From Lama guanicoe (lineage: Eukaryota), in assembly GCA_013239625.1 (NCBI GenBank), contig MU053652.1, forward strand, positions 2,978,001 to 3,042,000: a stretch of DNA of 64,000 nucleotides, read 5' to 3'. Both the position numbers and the translations under genes were made by a program. This document shows positions 1 to 12,295 of this stretch, in pieces. The notes beneath the pieces were generated by a model that was given only the letters and a program-made list of their open reading frames with translations, ran no database searches and had not been told where the DNA came from. Every line of letters begins with the position of its first letter. Positions within the stretch are counted from its first letter, which is position 1.

Positions 1-835
1 GAGATTCTTGGGGAGACTCTGCCTGTGAATGACTTTGAAATGACCTTGGAAAAGGTCCTGTTTCTACACTGATGGGCTGAAAGAAACCACTAGATGAGGT
101 CAGTAACAGTACTTTACTGAGATGTCTTGAATGAAAGTGGCAAAAGCCAGAAAGAGAAAAGGAGGGGTTGTGGACGTGCACATTGGCCTCTGTTAGCGGA
201 AGATAATGTGGGGGCCAAGATGTGCTAGATACCCCTTGGGTGAGCTTCTCCTGTGCTCCTGCCTCTCACCCCAGCAGCAAGAGTTCTTTGGGGCTGGAGG
301 GTGTGAAGATTTGGTCTGCTGAGTTGTAGGAGTGTCCCAGAAGTCCAGAACATGTGACTGATTCCTCTTCACCTTCTGGAGTACAACACTGGCCCTGGGA
401 AGCAGCCATCCCCTGTTCCTTTAGTATCTCAGCAACCATTTGGCTGAATAAAGATTTGTTGAGCACCTACAATGTCTGGACACTGAGTGGTGAGCTCCTC
501 TCTAACTTGCCCAGAACTCTGCTTCTTGCGCCATTTCTGCCACGAGATACTGGTAAACTGACAGTAAGTACCAGCTTTTCATGCTGTTGAAACCGCATGC
601 TGTTTGCCCAGCAGGCCACAGTGTGTCTTTAAAGTACTGTTAAGTTCTGAGAAAGGGATCCCAGGAAGGGCAGGAGGAAACCCTGATGTTTAATTAGGTG
701 AAAGATACTCTACTCTTCCTCCCAAGTCAGGAGAGGAAAGTCTGATCATGTAGTTTGTCCTTCGTGAACAAATTCCTGTGTCTCCTTTTGTTCGCACCAC
801 CTCCGCACACTAATCTCCGCCTTGTTTGTTTGCAG

Positions 836-1089
836 AGAGCAGGTGGAGATGGAGCTGCAGTTGGTGTCCGTGGAACAGATTAAACGCTCTGTGCCCCGAC
901 CTGCCTGTGACTGTCCTGCCCTGGTTGGCAGTGCTTGGAGGAACAAATGTAATCCACCTGAGCTCGCAGCAGGCAGGAGTCCTCAGAGTCATGACCAGGA
1001 TCTCGTAGCAAAGTGGGATTCATCTCTGCAAAGAAATTTATGGCTGATGAGACTTCATCAAGTCAGATACATCTGGCCTGAAGTGGAAG
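836..1089 (+). other. Candidate exon of an unidentified transcript (coding status unknown)
   Basis: Branch-like cactaat (808-814), pyrimidine tract and tgcag acceptor ending 835, donor AAG|GTGAGT at 1090; one frame open throughout; no family recognised. Confidence 0.25.
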
Positions 1090-1927
1090 GTGAGTGGAAG
1101 GTCAAGACCAGAGCTCAGGACTCTGGAGGTTTTAGATCAGGATGGATTAACATCCTGTCATAATTCTTCTAGCACCTGGTAAGTCTGTTAAAACACACAG
1201 TACATCCCGCCTTCCATTAGAGTCACTCATATTCATGTTTTTCCTCACCTAATAGACCATAAATTTCTTAATGTCAGGGTCCACATTTCCCAGCACGTGC
1301 CTAGCACAATGTAGGCACTTTGTTGAATTGAACTGGCTTGAAAAGTGCTATTTCCCACAAATTCTCTTTAGAAGATGAACTTACGGTAAAGTTGCATGTC
1401 GGCAGAGCAGCCCCACCCTGGAGTGGGAACCCCCACTCTGAGAAGCAGAAGCTCTTTGTGGTCATTGCCTTAGGAACTATGGCATGACTATTACTATTCC
1501 ATTAGAAATTGAGGGGGAAAGTCTTGTATTTGACCTGCATTCAGTTTACTTTGGCACCGATTAGTTTTCTGACTATTTAAAAACCTCCTACTCATATTCC
1601 GATGGAGTTCAGAAACTGGGAGCATCCTAATCTGTGAAGTTTAGCCAGAAATTCTCCCGAGATCTCATTCCTCAAAAGGAGCTCAAGGGAGCAGATAAAC
1701 TGTATAGCTTAAATACACGGCTGTAGGAGGGCTACACTTTCCCTCATGTCACTTTAATGCATCCCACAGCTGTGAGCATGTAAATGTACTGCCGTGGTAG
1801 GAGTTGACTTTTCAAGATCAGAGGATTCAGCACCATGGTCAGAGCCAAAGAGATAACAAATTTGGGCCTGAAGTAAAATCCTCTCTGTAGGAGGGAAATA
1901 AAGGGAATCTTTTCCCAAAGAATTCTC

Positions 1928-2780
1928 CTTCCAAACAACGATACTACTACACATCTATTAGAATGACCAAAATTAAGAACACTGGCAACACCAAATGCCA
2001 TCCAGGATGTGGTGCACCAAGAATTCTCATTCACTGCTGGCGGGAATGCAAAATGGTACACACAGCCATGCTGGAAGATAGTTTGATGGTGTCTTGTAAA
2101 ACTAAACATACCCATATGACCCAGCAATTTTGCCCCTTGGTATTTACCCAAAGGAATTGAAAACTTAACGTTCACATAAAAACCTGCTCATGGATGTTTA
2201 TAGCTTTATTCATAATTGCCAAAACTTGGAGGCAACCAAGATGTCCTTCAGGAGGTGAATGGATAAATAAATGGTGGTACATCCAGATGATGGAATATTA
2301 TTCAATGCTGAAAAAGCGAGCTATCAAACCATGAAAAGGAAACTTAAATGCAAGAAAGCCAATCCAAAAGTGAAAGAAGCCAATCCAAAAAGGCTACAAA
2401 CTGTATGCTTCCAACTATATGACATCCTGGGAAAGGCAAAACCATGGAGACAAGAAAAAGAGCATTGGGGATTTTCAGGATGGTGAAAGTACTCTGTATG
2501 ATACTGTAGCAGTGGATACATGCCATTATACATTTGTGCAAACTGATAGAATGTATACCACCAAGAGTGAACCCTAATGTGAACTAAGGACTTGGGGTGA
2601 TAATGATGTCAATGTAGATTCAGCAGCTGTAACAAATGCAGCACTCTGCTGGGGAATATTGTAATGGGAGAGGATATGAGTGTCTGGGGAGGGGCTATGT
2701 GGGACACCTCTGGACTTTCCTCTCAATGTTGCTATAAACCTAAAACGGCTCTTAAAAAAAATAAAGTCTTTAAAAAAAAA
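1928..2780 (+). mobile_element. Old L1 (L1MC/MB-like) ORF2 end plus 3' UTR
   Basis: L1 3' motifs: attcactgctggcgggaatgcaaaatggtaca, catatgacccagcaatt, aagagtgaaccctaatgtgaacta; ends in A-rich tail near 2755-2780. Confidence 0.85.
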
Positions 2781-4888
2781 GAATTCTCCTTCTTCCTTGA
2801 CTCTAATGGCCAGTCAAGCCAGTGCTCAGGTCAGAACTTCGAAGCCCCAGCAACTGGCTATGATGGGCACCACTCTGTCTTCAGGTGTTTCCTGGACTGG
2901 ACCCACATCCACAGCCACAGATCTCAGTCTGAACTTATCCCATTAAGTGTCTTTCTGACTTAGAGGTTTGTGCTTTTCCATGTTGATTTTCCGTATCTGC
3001 TAATCTGTGAAATAGAAAGAGCCATTGTATCTCTTAGTTGTGTTAATCCAGGTGTCTGAGTGCTTCTCCAAAACAGAAGGTAGGGGCTGACCACATGGGC
3101 TCTGGAGGAAAATCTGGCCCCAGAAGCATTCCTTTGCCTGTCCTAGCGGCTGTTCTATGGGAAAAGCTAAACCTATCCAAGTACGGACAAACTTGGAATG
3201 CAGATGGCCCTGTGGGGTCAGAGGGGACAAGAACTAACATCTACTGAGCATCCCCTGTGTTCCAGGTGTGACGTGGGAACGACTTCTCTCCATCCTCACT
3301 GCAGCCTGACGCAGATGTGAGTCCTCTCTAGCTCCCTTTCACGAGAACATGTGCACAAACATGGATGCAGGGCACAGACGTGCTGAAGAAAACCATCCTC
3401 ATTAATAATCTGTGTGCCTCACATGATACGTGCACCTATGATGAGGTAGACGAGTTAAGCTTCGTGTACACATTGTGTTGTCTTAGATCAGAGAGCACAT
3501 CATTCAGGATTTTTTTTCCTGTTTCAGAAAGTTCAGAATCCAAAATTAGAAGTGAAATCCTTCCAGTGGGAATATAAGATGTTGAAGGAAACACTTGGTA
3601 GTAGATGACTAATTGCTTCTCTGATCTATCCTAGATTGTATAAAATTGAAACTGCATTAAATGAATATAACAAAGTGACAGGGACACGCAGGCACACCCA
3701 CCCTCCTTAGGTCCTAATGGTGATGCACTGAGGTGCAGGAGCAATAACAGGGTGTCTGGGGAAGCAGCTCAGCCTTTCTTCACAGGACTTAGTAGTTAGT
3801 TAGCTACTAGCTATTAGTTGAGTGCCTAGGCGCTCTCTTCAAGATCTCCTCCAGATTCTCACTTTTTGTTCTTTTTGCAAGTTCCCAAACCAGATGCTGC
3901 CTTTATGCAAAAGTCTAATTGCTGTGGAATTGAACGAATATCCTCCTTTCATATCCAAACATTTTCTTCCTGTTTAATTTACAACCCTCCCGTGACTCAC
4001 CTTTCGGTAATGGTCTACAAGGAACCACACCTTTTTTGATTCCACCTACACATACTCCTAAGATTCTTCCAACTTCAGGGAAAAGCATTCATGAGTTATA
4101 TGAATAATATGAGACATTAGAAGGGATTTATATTACAAACATGAAGTGATGATGACAAATCAGATTTTTTTAAACCCCATGTGCTTCTTTCTCACACCCC
4201 CCAAGCCTATACTTAAAAAATTTTCTGTCCTTTTATGGCATGAGGCATATCTGGAAGGCTTATCATAAGATGGCATGTGCCTAGTTAAATACTTAATTCT
4301 TTTTGAATTAGTGAAAAGGGACAAACGGAAGTGAAACTTAATAGGTAGTATAAGGTGAACAAAACAGTTTTGCATAAAGCAATGAAAGGTGAAACCTGTG
4401 CTCTGTGTTTTTTTGATAGTCAGAATTTCTGAATAAATTCCCAACATTTACCCAATTTGATAATACTATGAAAAACTTATATAAAATTCAGTCAACTAGT
4501 TCTTATGGCAGGTATCTCTTTTCTCTTTTCCCATTCTAACAATGCTAATTTTGTTTACAGGATAAGACAAAATGTATCCCCCCACTAAAATACTTGCCTA
4601 GTGCATGAGATGGCCCTGTGACAGTTCTGGTCAGTGATGCTACACTGATGCTTAAAGTCCTCTTGGTGTTTCTGTGAAAACTCTTGTGTTCCTGAACTGG
4701 CACTGCTCCTTATTCCTGCCTTGAGTGCTGATGTGAAGCCAGGCCCTGCAGCAGCTATCTTGGAAACATGAGGTGATGAGTGTGAGAATAGCAGTCCACA
4801 GGCTAAGGATGGCAGAGAAATATGCTGAGAATCTGGGTCCAGGATGGTACTGTTGCCTTCTTTACCAGCCCTGAACATCTTACTGCTT

Positions 4889-6105
4889 TTTTTGTGTGTG
4901 TGTATATATATGTTTTTTTTAATTGCAAAGTATGGTCAGTTTACAATGTTGTATCAGTTTCTGGTGTACGGGATAATGTTTCAGTCATACATAAACATAC
5001 ATATATTTGTTTTCATATTCTTTTTTACCATGTTACTATAAGATAATGAATATAGTTCCCTGTGCTAAACAGTATAAACTAATTTATCTATTTTATATAT
5101 AGTACTTAGTATCTGTAAATCTCGAACTCTAAGTTTGTCCCTTCTCTCCCCCTTCCCCCACCCTGGTAAACATAAGTTTGTTTTCTATGTCTGTGGGTCT
5201 GTTTCTGTTTTGTAAATAAGTTCATTTGTCTTTTTTTTTTCAGATTGCACATGTAAGTGATATCATATGGTACTTTTCTTTCTCTCTGGCTTACTTCACT
5301 TAGAATGACAATCTCCAGGTCCATCCATGTTGCTGCAAATGGCATTATTTTATTCTTTTTTATGGCTGAGTAGTATTCCATTGTATACTTCTTTATCCAG
5401 TCATCTGTCAATGGACATTTAGGTGGTTTCCATGCCTTGGCTGTTGTAAATAGTGCTGCTATGAACATTGGGTTGCATGTATCTTTTTGAATTAAAGTTC
5501 CCTCTGGATATATGCCCAGGAGTGGATTTGCTGGATGATATGGTAAGTCTGTTTTTAGACTTTTGAGGAATCTCCATACTGTTTTCCATAATGACTGCAT
5601 CAGAATACATTCCCACCAGCAGTGTAGGAGGGTTCCCTTTTTGCCACACCCTCTCAGCATTTGTCATTTGTGGACTTTTGAATGATGGCCATTCTGACTG
5701 GTGTGAGGTGATACCTCATTGTAGTTTTGGGATTTTTTGTTTGGTTGGTTTTTTTTTTTTTTTTTTTGGAGGGGAATTGTGTTTTGGTTTTTGGTTTTGT
5801 GTGGGGGGGCGGTAATTAGGTCTTTTTTCGTTTTTCCATTTTACTATTTATTTACTTTTTAATGGAGGTAGTGAGGATTGAACCCAGGACCTTGTTCATG
5901 CTAGGCATGCGCTCTACCACTGAGCTAAACCCTCCACTCCTCCATTGTAGTTTTGATGTACATTTCTCTGATAATTAGTGATGTTGAGCATCTTTTTATG
6001 TGCCTGTTGGCCATTTGTATGTCTTCATTGGAGAATTGCTTGTTTAGGTCTTCTGCCATTTTTGGATTGGGTTGTTTGTTTTTTTCTTACTAAGTTGTAT
6101 GAGCT
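4889..6105 (-). mobile_element. 5'-truncated relatively young L1 (ORF2 C-terminus plus 3' UTR) with 11-bp TSD
   Basis: ORF 5106-5660 gives L1 ORF2 C-terminal motifs (HCWWEC, WRFLK, DDWIKK, PFAATWMDLE); TSD tcttactgctt at 4878-4888 and 6106-6116; T/TG-rich tail at left end. Confidence 0.95.
5730..5942 (-). mobile_element. tRNA-Ala-derived SINE (camelid vic-1-like) nested in L1
   Basis: Reverse complement reads gggtttagctcagtggtagagcgcatgcctagcatgaacaaggtcctgggttcaatc (Pol III A and B boxes) then A-rich tail; TSD cattgtagttttg at 5717-5729 and 5943-5955. Confidence 0.9.
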
Positions 6106-6844
6106 TCTTACTGCTTGAAAAAACATCCACTACACTTGTTTAAGCCACTGCTAATGTTTTTTGTTGCTTGCAGCTAAATGCATGAATGACCAATACAACC
6201 TTGCCCACACCTTAGCTTCTGTTTCTAAATCCCCAAATTAAAGTTATAAATCTCTTTAAGGTTCATAGAGAAACTAAGTGACCACATTCCCTAATTTTGA
6301 GTATTGAAGTTCTACAATAAACTATTGTATTTATTGTAATCAGTTAGAGATAAATACTAGCATTAAATGTAAAAAAGAAGATAACTATGTAAGTAATTAC
6401 ATAGAGTTTCAGGTTGAGAAGATGAAGGAATAGTAATAGTATAGTAATAAGTAAATAGTATAGTATAAAATGTTGTCTAGAAGGATAAAAGCCAAATTTG
6501 TGATAATGGTTGTCTCTGGAGAAGGGGGCCATGTAATAGGTGTGGTGATGGGGAAAGAGGCTTGAGCTTATCATCTGTTATGTTCTACTTTAAAATATCT
6601 AAAGCCAAAAAGTTAAAGTTAATTTTTCTCAATTATGAGTGCTAGGTATAAAAATACTTATTATTCTCTGTGCTAACCTCTATTAAATTTTAAGATAAAA
6701 AAAGGCAAAAAAGGAAGAGAAATCAAGGGAAAATTTGCATAGCGTATTTCATTTATGCCATGGCATTGACTGTAAGATGCACTGTTATTTTGTATACCAC
6801 TAAAACAGAATTTTGAAATTTGCCATTTAAACCATAATGATGAG

Positions 6845-8005
6845 GGCATGCAGAATCATACGTTGCTGGTATGAATGCAAAATGGCTCAGCTAATGTAAA
6901 AAACAGTTCGATAGTTCTTCAAGAATTTACACATATTGGGTGATGGGAGGGAAATACAGTTCAGTGGTAGAGTGCAGGCTTAGCGTGCATGAGGTCCTGG
7001 GTTCAAGTACCCCACTAGTAGCCCAGTATTGCCACTAAAAATGTATATATACATAATGTTGTACATGTTAAACTTATGTTATAAACCAATGTTACCTCAA
7101 TAAAAAACAAATGTAAATTTTTTTAAAATTTACACAAATGACCCAACAATTCCACTCCTAGGTATATACCCAAGAGAATTGAAAACGTATGTCCAAGCAA
7201 AAACAAATGTTCATAGTAGCATTATTCATAATAGTAGAAAAAAAAAGAAGTTGAAACAACCCAAATGTCCATCAACTGGAGAATGGATAAATAAAATATG
7301 GTTCATACCCCACTAAGATGGCTAGAATCAAAAGACAGGTAATACATGTTGGTGAGGATGTGGAAAAATTAGAACCCTGGTACATTGCTGGTGGGAAGAT
7401 AAAATGGTACAACCATTTTGTAAAATAGTTTGGCAGTTCCTCAAAAAGTTAAAAATAAAGTGACCATATGACCCAGAAATTCCACTCCCCAGTGTATACT
7501 CAAGAGAAATGAGAACATACATCCTCAAAATAAGAGTGTGCAAAAATAATCATAGCAGCAGCATCCATATAGTCAAAAAGCAGGAACAGCCTAAAAATGC
7601 ATCATCTGATGGAAGGCTAAACAAAATGTGGTACAGTCAAACAACGGAATATCCTTCAGCCATAAAAAAAAAAAAATGAAGAACCAATACGTGCTACAAC
7701 ATGGGTGAACCTTGGCAACATTATGCTAACCAAAATAAGTCAGACTCAAAAGGCCATGTGCTGTATGATTCCATTCATGTGAAATGTCCAGAATAGGCAA
7801 ATCCACAAAGCCAGAAAGTAGATCAATGGTTGCCAAGAGCTGGCAGGAGCGGAGATGGGGAGGGACTAGTTAACGGTACAGCGTTTCCTGTTCTGGAATT
7901 AGATTGTGGTGGTGGTTGCATAATACTGTGAATGTACTAAAAGCCACTGAATTGTAGATTTTTTAATGGTGAGTTTTATGTTATGTGAATTTTGCCTCAA
8001 AAAAA
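6845..8005 (+). mobile_element. Old L1 (L1MB/ME-like) 3' fragments, two overlapping copies of the ORF2 end
   Basis: gctggtatgaatgcaaaatgg, atgacccaacaattccactcctaggtatatacccaagag, repeated again at 7380-7510; 3' UTR aatggtgagttttatgttatgtgaattt. Confidence 0.85.
6938..7126 (+). mobile_element. tRNA-Ala-derived SINE head followed by an L1-type 3' terminus
   Basis: cagttcagtggtagagtgcaggcttagcgtgcatgaggtcctgggttcaag head; tail atgttataaaccaatgttacctcaataaaaa; flanked by aatttacaca at 6924-6933 and 7127-7136. Confidence 0.75.
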
Positions 8006-8149
8006 GTTATTTAAACTGTCATATCATTGATTTTAAGATGATACTGATTTTAGACACTGCATTGCAGAGAAACAGAAAAAATGTCTTAGAGTTGATGAAA
8101 TGTCACATACTCAGTTATGTAGAAATGTGCTGCTTCTATACAAATAGCA

Positions 8150-8460
8150 TTGGATCAGTTAGTAAATGAGTTTGCTGCAAATAACAGCATAATAGCAGTG
8201 CTTAAACAGGTTAGAAGTTTATTTTTGTTTCACATAGAAGTTGTCCTGATGTGGACAGCCCAGGGCCTATGAACTATCTCTATGGTTTGTTCAGACACCC
8301 AGATTTCCTAATGCCCATCATTTATTTGGCTTCCATTCTCAAAGTTACTTTATGGCCCAAGATGGCTGCTGAAGTGCTAGCCATTATTTCAGATTCTAGA
8401 TGTGCAGCCGGAAAAGGGAAAAAACAAAATGCGTTCCTCCCAGCTAAGTTAGCTCTCTTT
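8150..8460 (-). mobile_element. Old MaLR LTR (MLT1-like) fragment
   Basis: gctgcaaataacag...gcttaaaca...tttattt and aagatggctgct motifs typical of antisense MLT1. Confidence 0.5.
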
Positions 8461-8519
8461 GAGCAGAATAAAGGTATGCTCAAATGAAGGCTCATATACC
8501 TATAAAATGGGAAAAGCTC

Positions 8520-8645
8520 TATGAAGGCAAGATCCCTGTCTGTTTTACCAGTACATCACCAGGACCTAATACAAGGCTGAGCACACTGAAGGCACTAAAA
8601 ATCATGTGAAATGAATGGATACATGCATGGAAATGGATAAATGCA
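8520..8645 (+). mobile_element. L2 3' end fragment
   Basis: tgaaggcaag...tgtctgttttacc...aggacctaataca...gcacactgaaggcact...tgaatgga. Confidence 0.55.
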
Positions 8646-8999
8646 TCAAACAACCATTTAAATATTTTCATAAATAAGAAACAGAGGAATGTTCACTATA
8701 ATCTGTGAAATAAGATTAAACTATATTTAGTGTAATCCTAATTTTATGTATGCCTAGAAAAAAGAAATATACTAATCTATTAAGTGATTTTTTAAATATA
8801 TGGTGAAATTTCTCTAAATTTTTAATGATTTTTCATACTTTTATAAATTTCCCCAATTTATGCAATTATTCATAATTTTTTTCTAGTCAGAAAAAAAAAT
8901 CAGTAAGCTTAAAAATCAGTCAAGAAGACTACTTCAGTCTAAGTATTAAAACCAGGTAGTGAGTTTATAAATCAAAGAAAGTAACCAACAACCACATAA

Positions 9000-9277
9000 G
9001 CTGTTGAACAGCCTATCAGTTGAAGGCCTGAAATAAAAAGACCGAGATTCCCGCAGAGGGGAAGGAGTTCTAACTCCAGGCTGTCTTTGGACTCAAGACT
9101 GCAGCGTCGACTCTGGATAGGAATTCCATCCTGCCTTCCCTGCAGATATCAGACTGGTCAGCCCCCCAAATTACATGAGCCTATTTTTTAAAATAGCCCT
9201 CACCATCACTGCACACACACATCACACATCTACACACGTCCCGTTGGTTCTGAAGTCTGGAGAACCCTGACTAACAG
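9000..9277 (+). mobile_element. ERV-L solo LTR (MLT2-like)
   Basis: atcagttgaaggcctgaa...tttggactcaagactgcagc...ttggttctg...ctggagaaccctgactaaca is the MLT2 3' end. Confidence 0.8.
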
Positions 9278-10234
9278 AGCAGGTAAGAACTGGTAGTCCA
9301 TGTACTTAACTCCACGCTCTTGCACTTGTTTTATGCAAAATACCTACTTGCTATTTCCAAGTTTGTGAATGGAAGAGCTGGTCAGATACTTGCAAATTAA
9401 TTCATCAATGTGCTGTTCTTTTTTGTGGTTTTAATGATGACATTGAGCTCTCCTAGAGGATGCCATCAGAGAGCCAGAAGGAAGGAAGAGAGATCACTCA
9501 TCCAGACACCTCACAGTTTACACCCACAGTGTGCTGACAGCCAGTAAATTCCTATAGAATGAACAATTGTGGTCATAATTTTAAAACTGCCTTAAAACAT
9601 CCTGCTCTTGCCTCTTGATCCTGCCTAATCTTGTTCTACCCTGTACATTTCCCGCCTCACTTCTTTCTCCAGAAATGGCAAGTTTTCTTTCTGCTCTATT
9701 AAGTAGTAAACTGAGCTGCTTATCTAGAGAGAAATCAGCTACAGATACGGAGGGTTTGGGCAGGAGGAGAAACAAAAGACGTGAGACAAGGAAGTCTGAC
9801 GAATGGCGGGGAACAGGAAGTGCCTGAAGGGCAGGGCACGTGGGGAGTGGGGGTGGTGAAGGATAACCCCATGCCCACCTGCAACCAGGAACGCTGATTA
9901 GTGAGACCAGGTGACAGAAGACAGCTGGGTGACCGACCAGTGGATCAAGAACTACATAAAGCCAACAGAACTACATAGGCTGCACTCATGAGACTGGTTT
10001 TCTTGTCACCTTGCTCTAAAAAGTCATTGCTCCAGAGTTTTCCTTCCCTAATACACCTGTGAATTTCTAAATCTGAAGAGGCTTCCTGTGGCGGTGCGGG
10101 AATGCAGAGGCAGACAAGAGGCACCTGGGCCCCCATGAAGAAGGGTATGCATGGGGTAGAGCCAAAGAGGGGCTGAAGTAGAGACGAGAGGCAGCCCACA
10201 AGGCAGACACCAAAATCATCTGGGAAGTCCTGCT

Positions 10235-10378
10235 CACCAGGACTGTCTGCAGTGATGGAAATGTTTTACATCTGCATATCCAACAGGGTGGCTGCTGAGT
10301 AGGTGAATTTCATTTTTTTGTGATTAAAATGTAAATAGCCACATGTGGCTCGTGACCACCATATTGGACAACACAGCC
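10235..10378. mobile_element. hAT-Charlie MITE (MER3-like)
   Basis: tctgcagtgatggaaatgtttta...aatagccacatgtggct...accatattggacaacacag. Confidence 0.75.
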
Positions 10379-12059
10379 ATGTGGGCTTCATAACACACTG
10401 ACTGATGTGTCTCCCAGCACATCAGCACACCAGCAGTTTGGGAGAGGATTATTCCAGACAAAAACTCAGTGATCCTCTTGCTACGAAGTGCTCCGTATTT
10501 AAATCACTAGCAATCTGGAGTGTCGGGTGAGAGTGATGGCACTTCCTAAAGACCTGAAACCACTGGTGGGAAGTGCAGCCACCTAGCAGGATCTAATCTG
10601 GTCAGCAGTGAATTAGACCTTTTTCTGCAGGAAACACTATTATTTACGTTCATCAAATGTGTGTAAGACAAACCCCTGCCTAGTAGTCACTTCTCACTCA
10701 AGAAACAGCTAAAACTTCCCACCTTTGGTTTCTTTCTAAAGCTGGAATTTTTCTTTAAGTTTACTTTACTTTGGGATAGATTTGGAAGACAGATCCTTCC
10801 AGCTGATAGGGAGATTTCTAAATAGGATAAAGTAACATTTGTCAAGCTTGACTTGGGAGAATTTTTGTTTGAGTGATTGGAAATGAGATGAACTTGGAAT
10901 GCTGTAATTTCTCATATTTGACACGATGGCAGGAAAATATTGAGTAAGGAAATAATTTGGCATTTGGTCCCCAGCGTGAGCGCGTACAGCAACCCCATTA
11001 GAAAGGAAACGTGCTTTACTGGGTTTAGTTGCTCTAAACCAAACACTCAAAAGTTCTTGGGCAACAATGCGGCTTCCTCTCCTTAATGACTGGGGGCCAC
11101 TCAGCCTCGATGGCCTCCTTTCCTTCTGCTATATTGGATGGGGAAAAATGCTTTCTCAGGGTTTCTTCAAGGAAAAAGACTACAGCCATTATAAACCATT
11201 TTAACAAATGCAAAGTACTCCTTATAACAAAGCTGTTACTTGATTTCCTTTTGGAAGGAAATGAAGCATTATTTGAGTATAATACGGAAGTGGCTCAATA
11301 GCACCATTACAACTGAGTCTTTAACACAGTACGATCTCAAGATAAGAAAAGTACTGTTTCCACAGAATGGTCCCAAGGCAAGAAAAGGGTTTCGTATGCA
11401 AGTTTTAAAAAAATTATTACAGAGTGAGAGGGAAGAGAGTGGCTGCAGTATACACTGTGAGCAGCTTTCAAATAATGATTGTGACTTGAGTCATTTCCGA
11501 GAGATAAGTAAATAAATTCTTTTGCTTTGACTACTGAAGTATATTGATCAAGTCCATCTGCTTGTACCCATCAGAAGGTACCATGTCGCATTGCTTTCGA
11601 AATGGTCATCCTGAGTCAGACTGAGTAGTCACAGCTAATACATTTGATTCCCCTCTCATTTATTTTTCACTCCACCCTCTGCATCTACCCAAATGTATTC
11701 TTCTTGCCCTCAAAGATGCTTAACCACATAAGTATCATCCTTAATCCTAAAGAGCAAGAAGGGAATTTCCATGTTGATAGAGGAACTCCACTAAGAATAA
11801 AATGCTGTGTGATGTACTGTCCAAACTGAGACATTAGAGAATAAAAGGAGACCTTTTAATAATTATGCTGGAACTGCAAGTATAAACTGATCACCCTAAG
11901 TAAAGAAATAAGCAGAAGACACACAAAGGTAGTCAGCTTTTTTTTTCTCAATAGGAGACATTCTGGTGTAGAGATACCTGACTGTAGATTTAACTTTAGA
12001 CTCCTTGATAAATAACGATGAAAAATACAAAAAAAAGAAAACATACATAAAGGTAGTCA

Positions 12060-12295
12060 GCCTCATTTGTTATCAAACAAAAATAAAATGAGACCCTAAT
12101 ACACCCACCAGATTGACAAAAATGAAAATTTCAACAATACCAACTGTTGGTAAAATCACGGACCAACTGGAACTCTTACTGTTGGGAGTACATTTTACAA
12201 ACACTTTTGAAAACAATTGGACATTATCTAGTGAAGATGAACATGCATATATCCTATAATTCAGCAATTTCACTCCCACAAAGTATGTACTAGAT
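12060..12295 (+). mobile_element. Ancient L1 (L1ME-like) fragment
   Basis: acacccaccagattgacaaaaat...caataccaactgttggt...cctataattcagcaatttcactcc. Confidence 0.65.

Larger units (their letters stand above)
4590..6185 (+). mobile_element. MaLR solo LTR (MLT1J/K-like) split by a younger L1
   Basis: gcagcagctatcttggaaacatgagg...ggctaaggatggcagag before the L1 and MLT-type 3' end ttgtttaagccactg...ttgcagctaaa after it. Confidence 0.7.
6742..8104. mobile_element. Tc/mariner MITE (MER104-like) remnants at about 6742-6840 and 8010-8104, interrupted by L1
   Basis: cgtatttcat...gactgtaagatgc at left and gattttaagatg...tcttagagttgatgaaatg at right form a degenerate inverted-repeat pair. Confidence 0.5.

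Noticed and set aside
266..466. Minus-strand ORF with apparent acceptor (ttattcag) and donor (gtgaga) as a coding exon
   Set aside because: The start and acceptor region lies in an L2-like relic (aagatttgttgagcacctacaatgt), the pyrimidine tract is weak and the peptide is unrecognisable.
5860..5935. Functional tRNA-Ala gene
   Set aside because: The acceptor stem is not intact, and an A-rich tail and TSD show it is a SINE.
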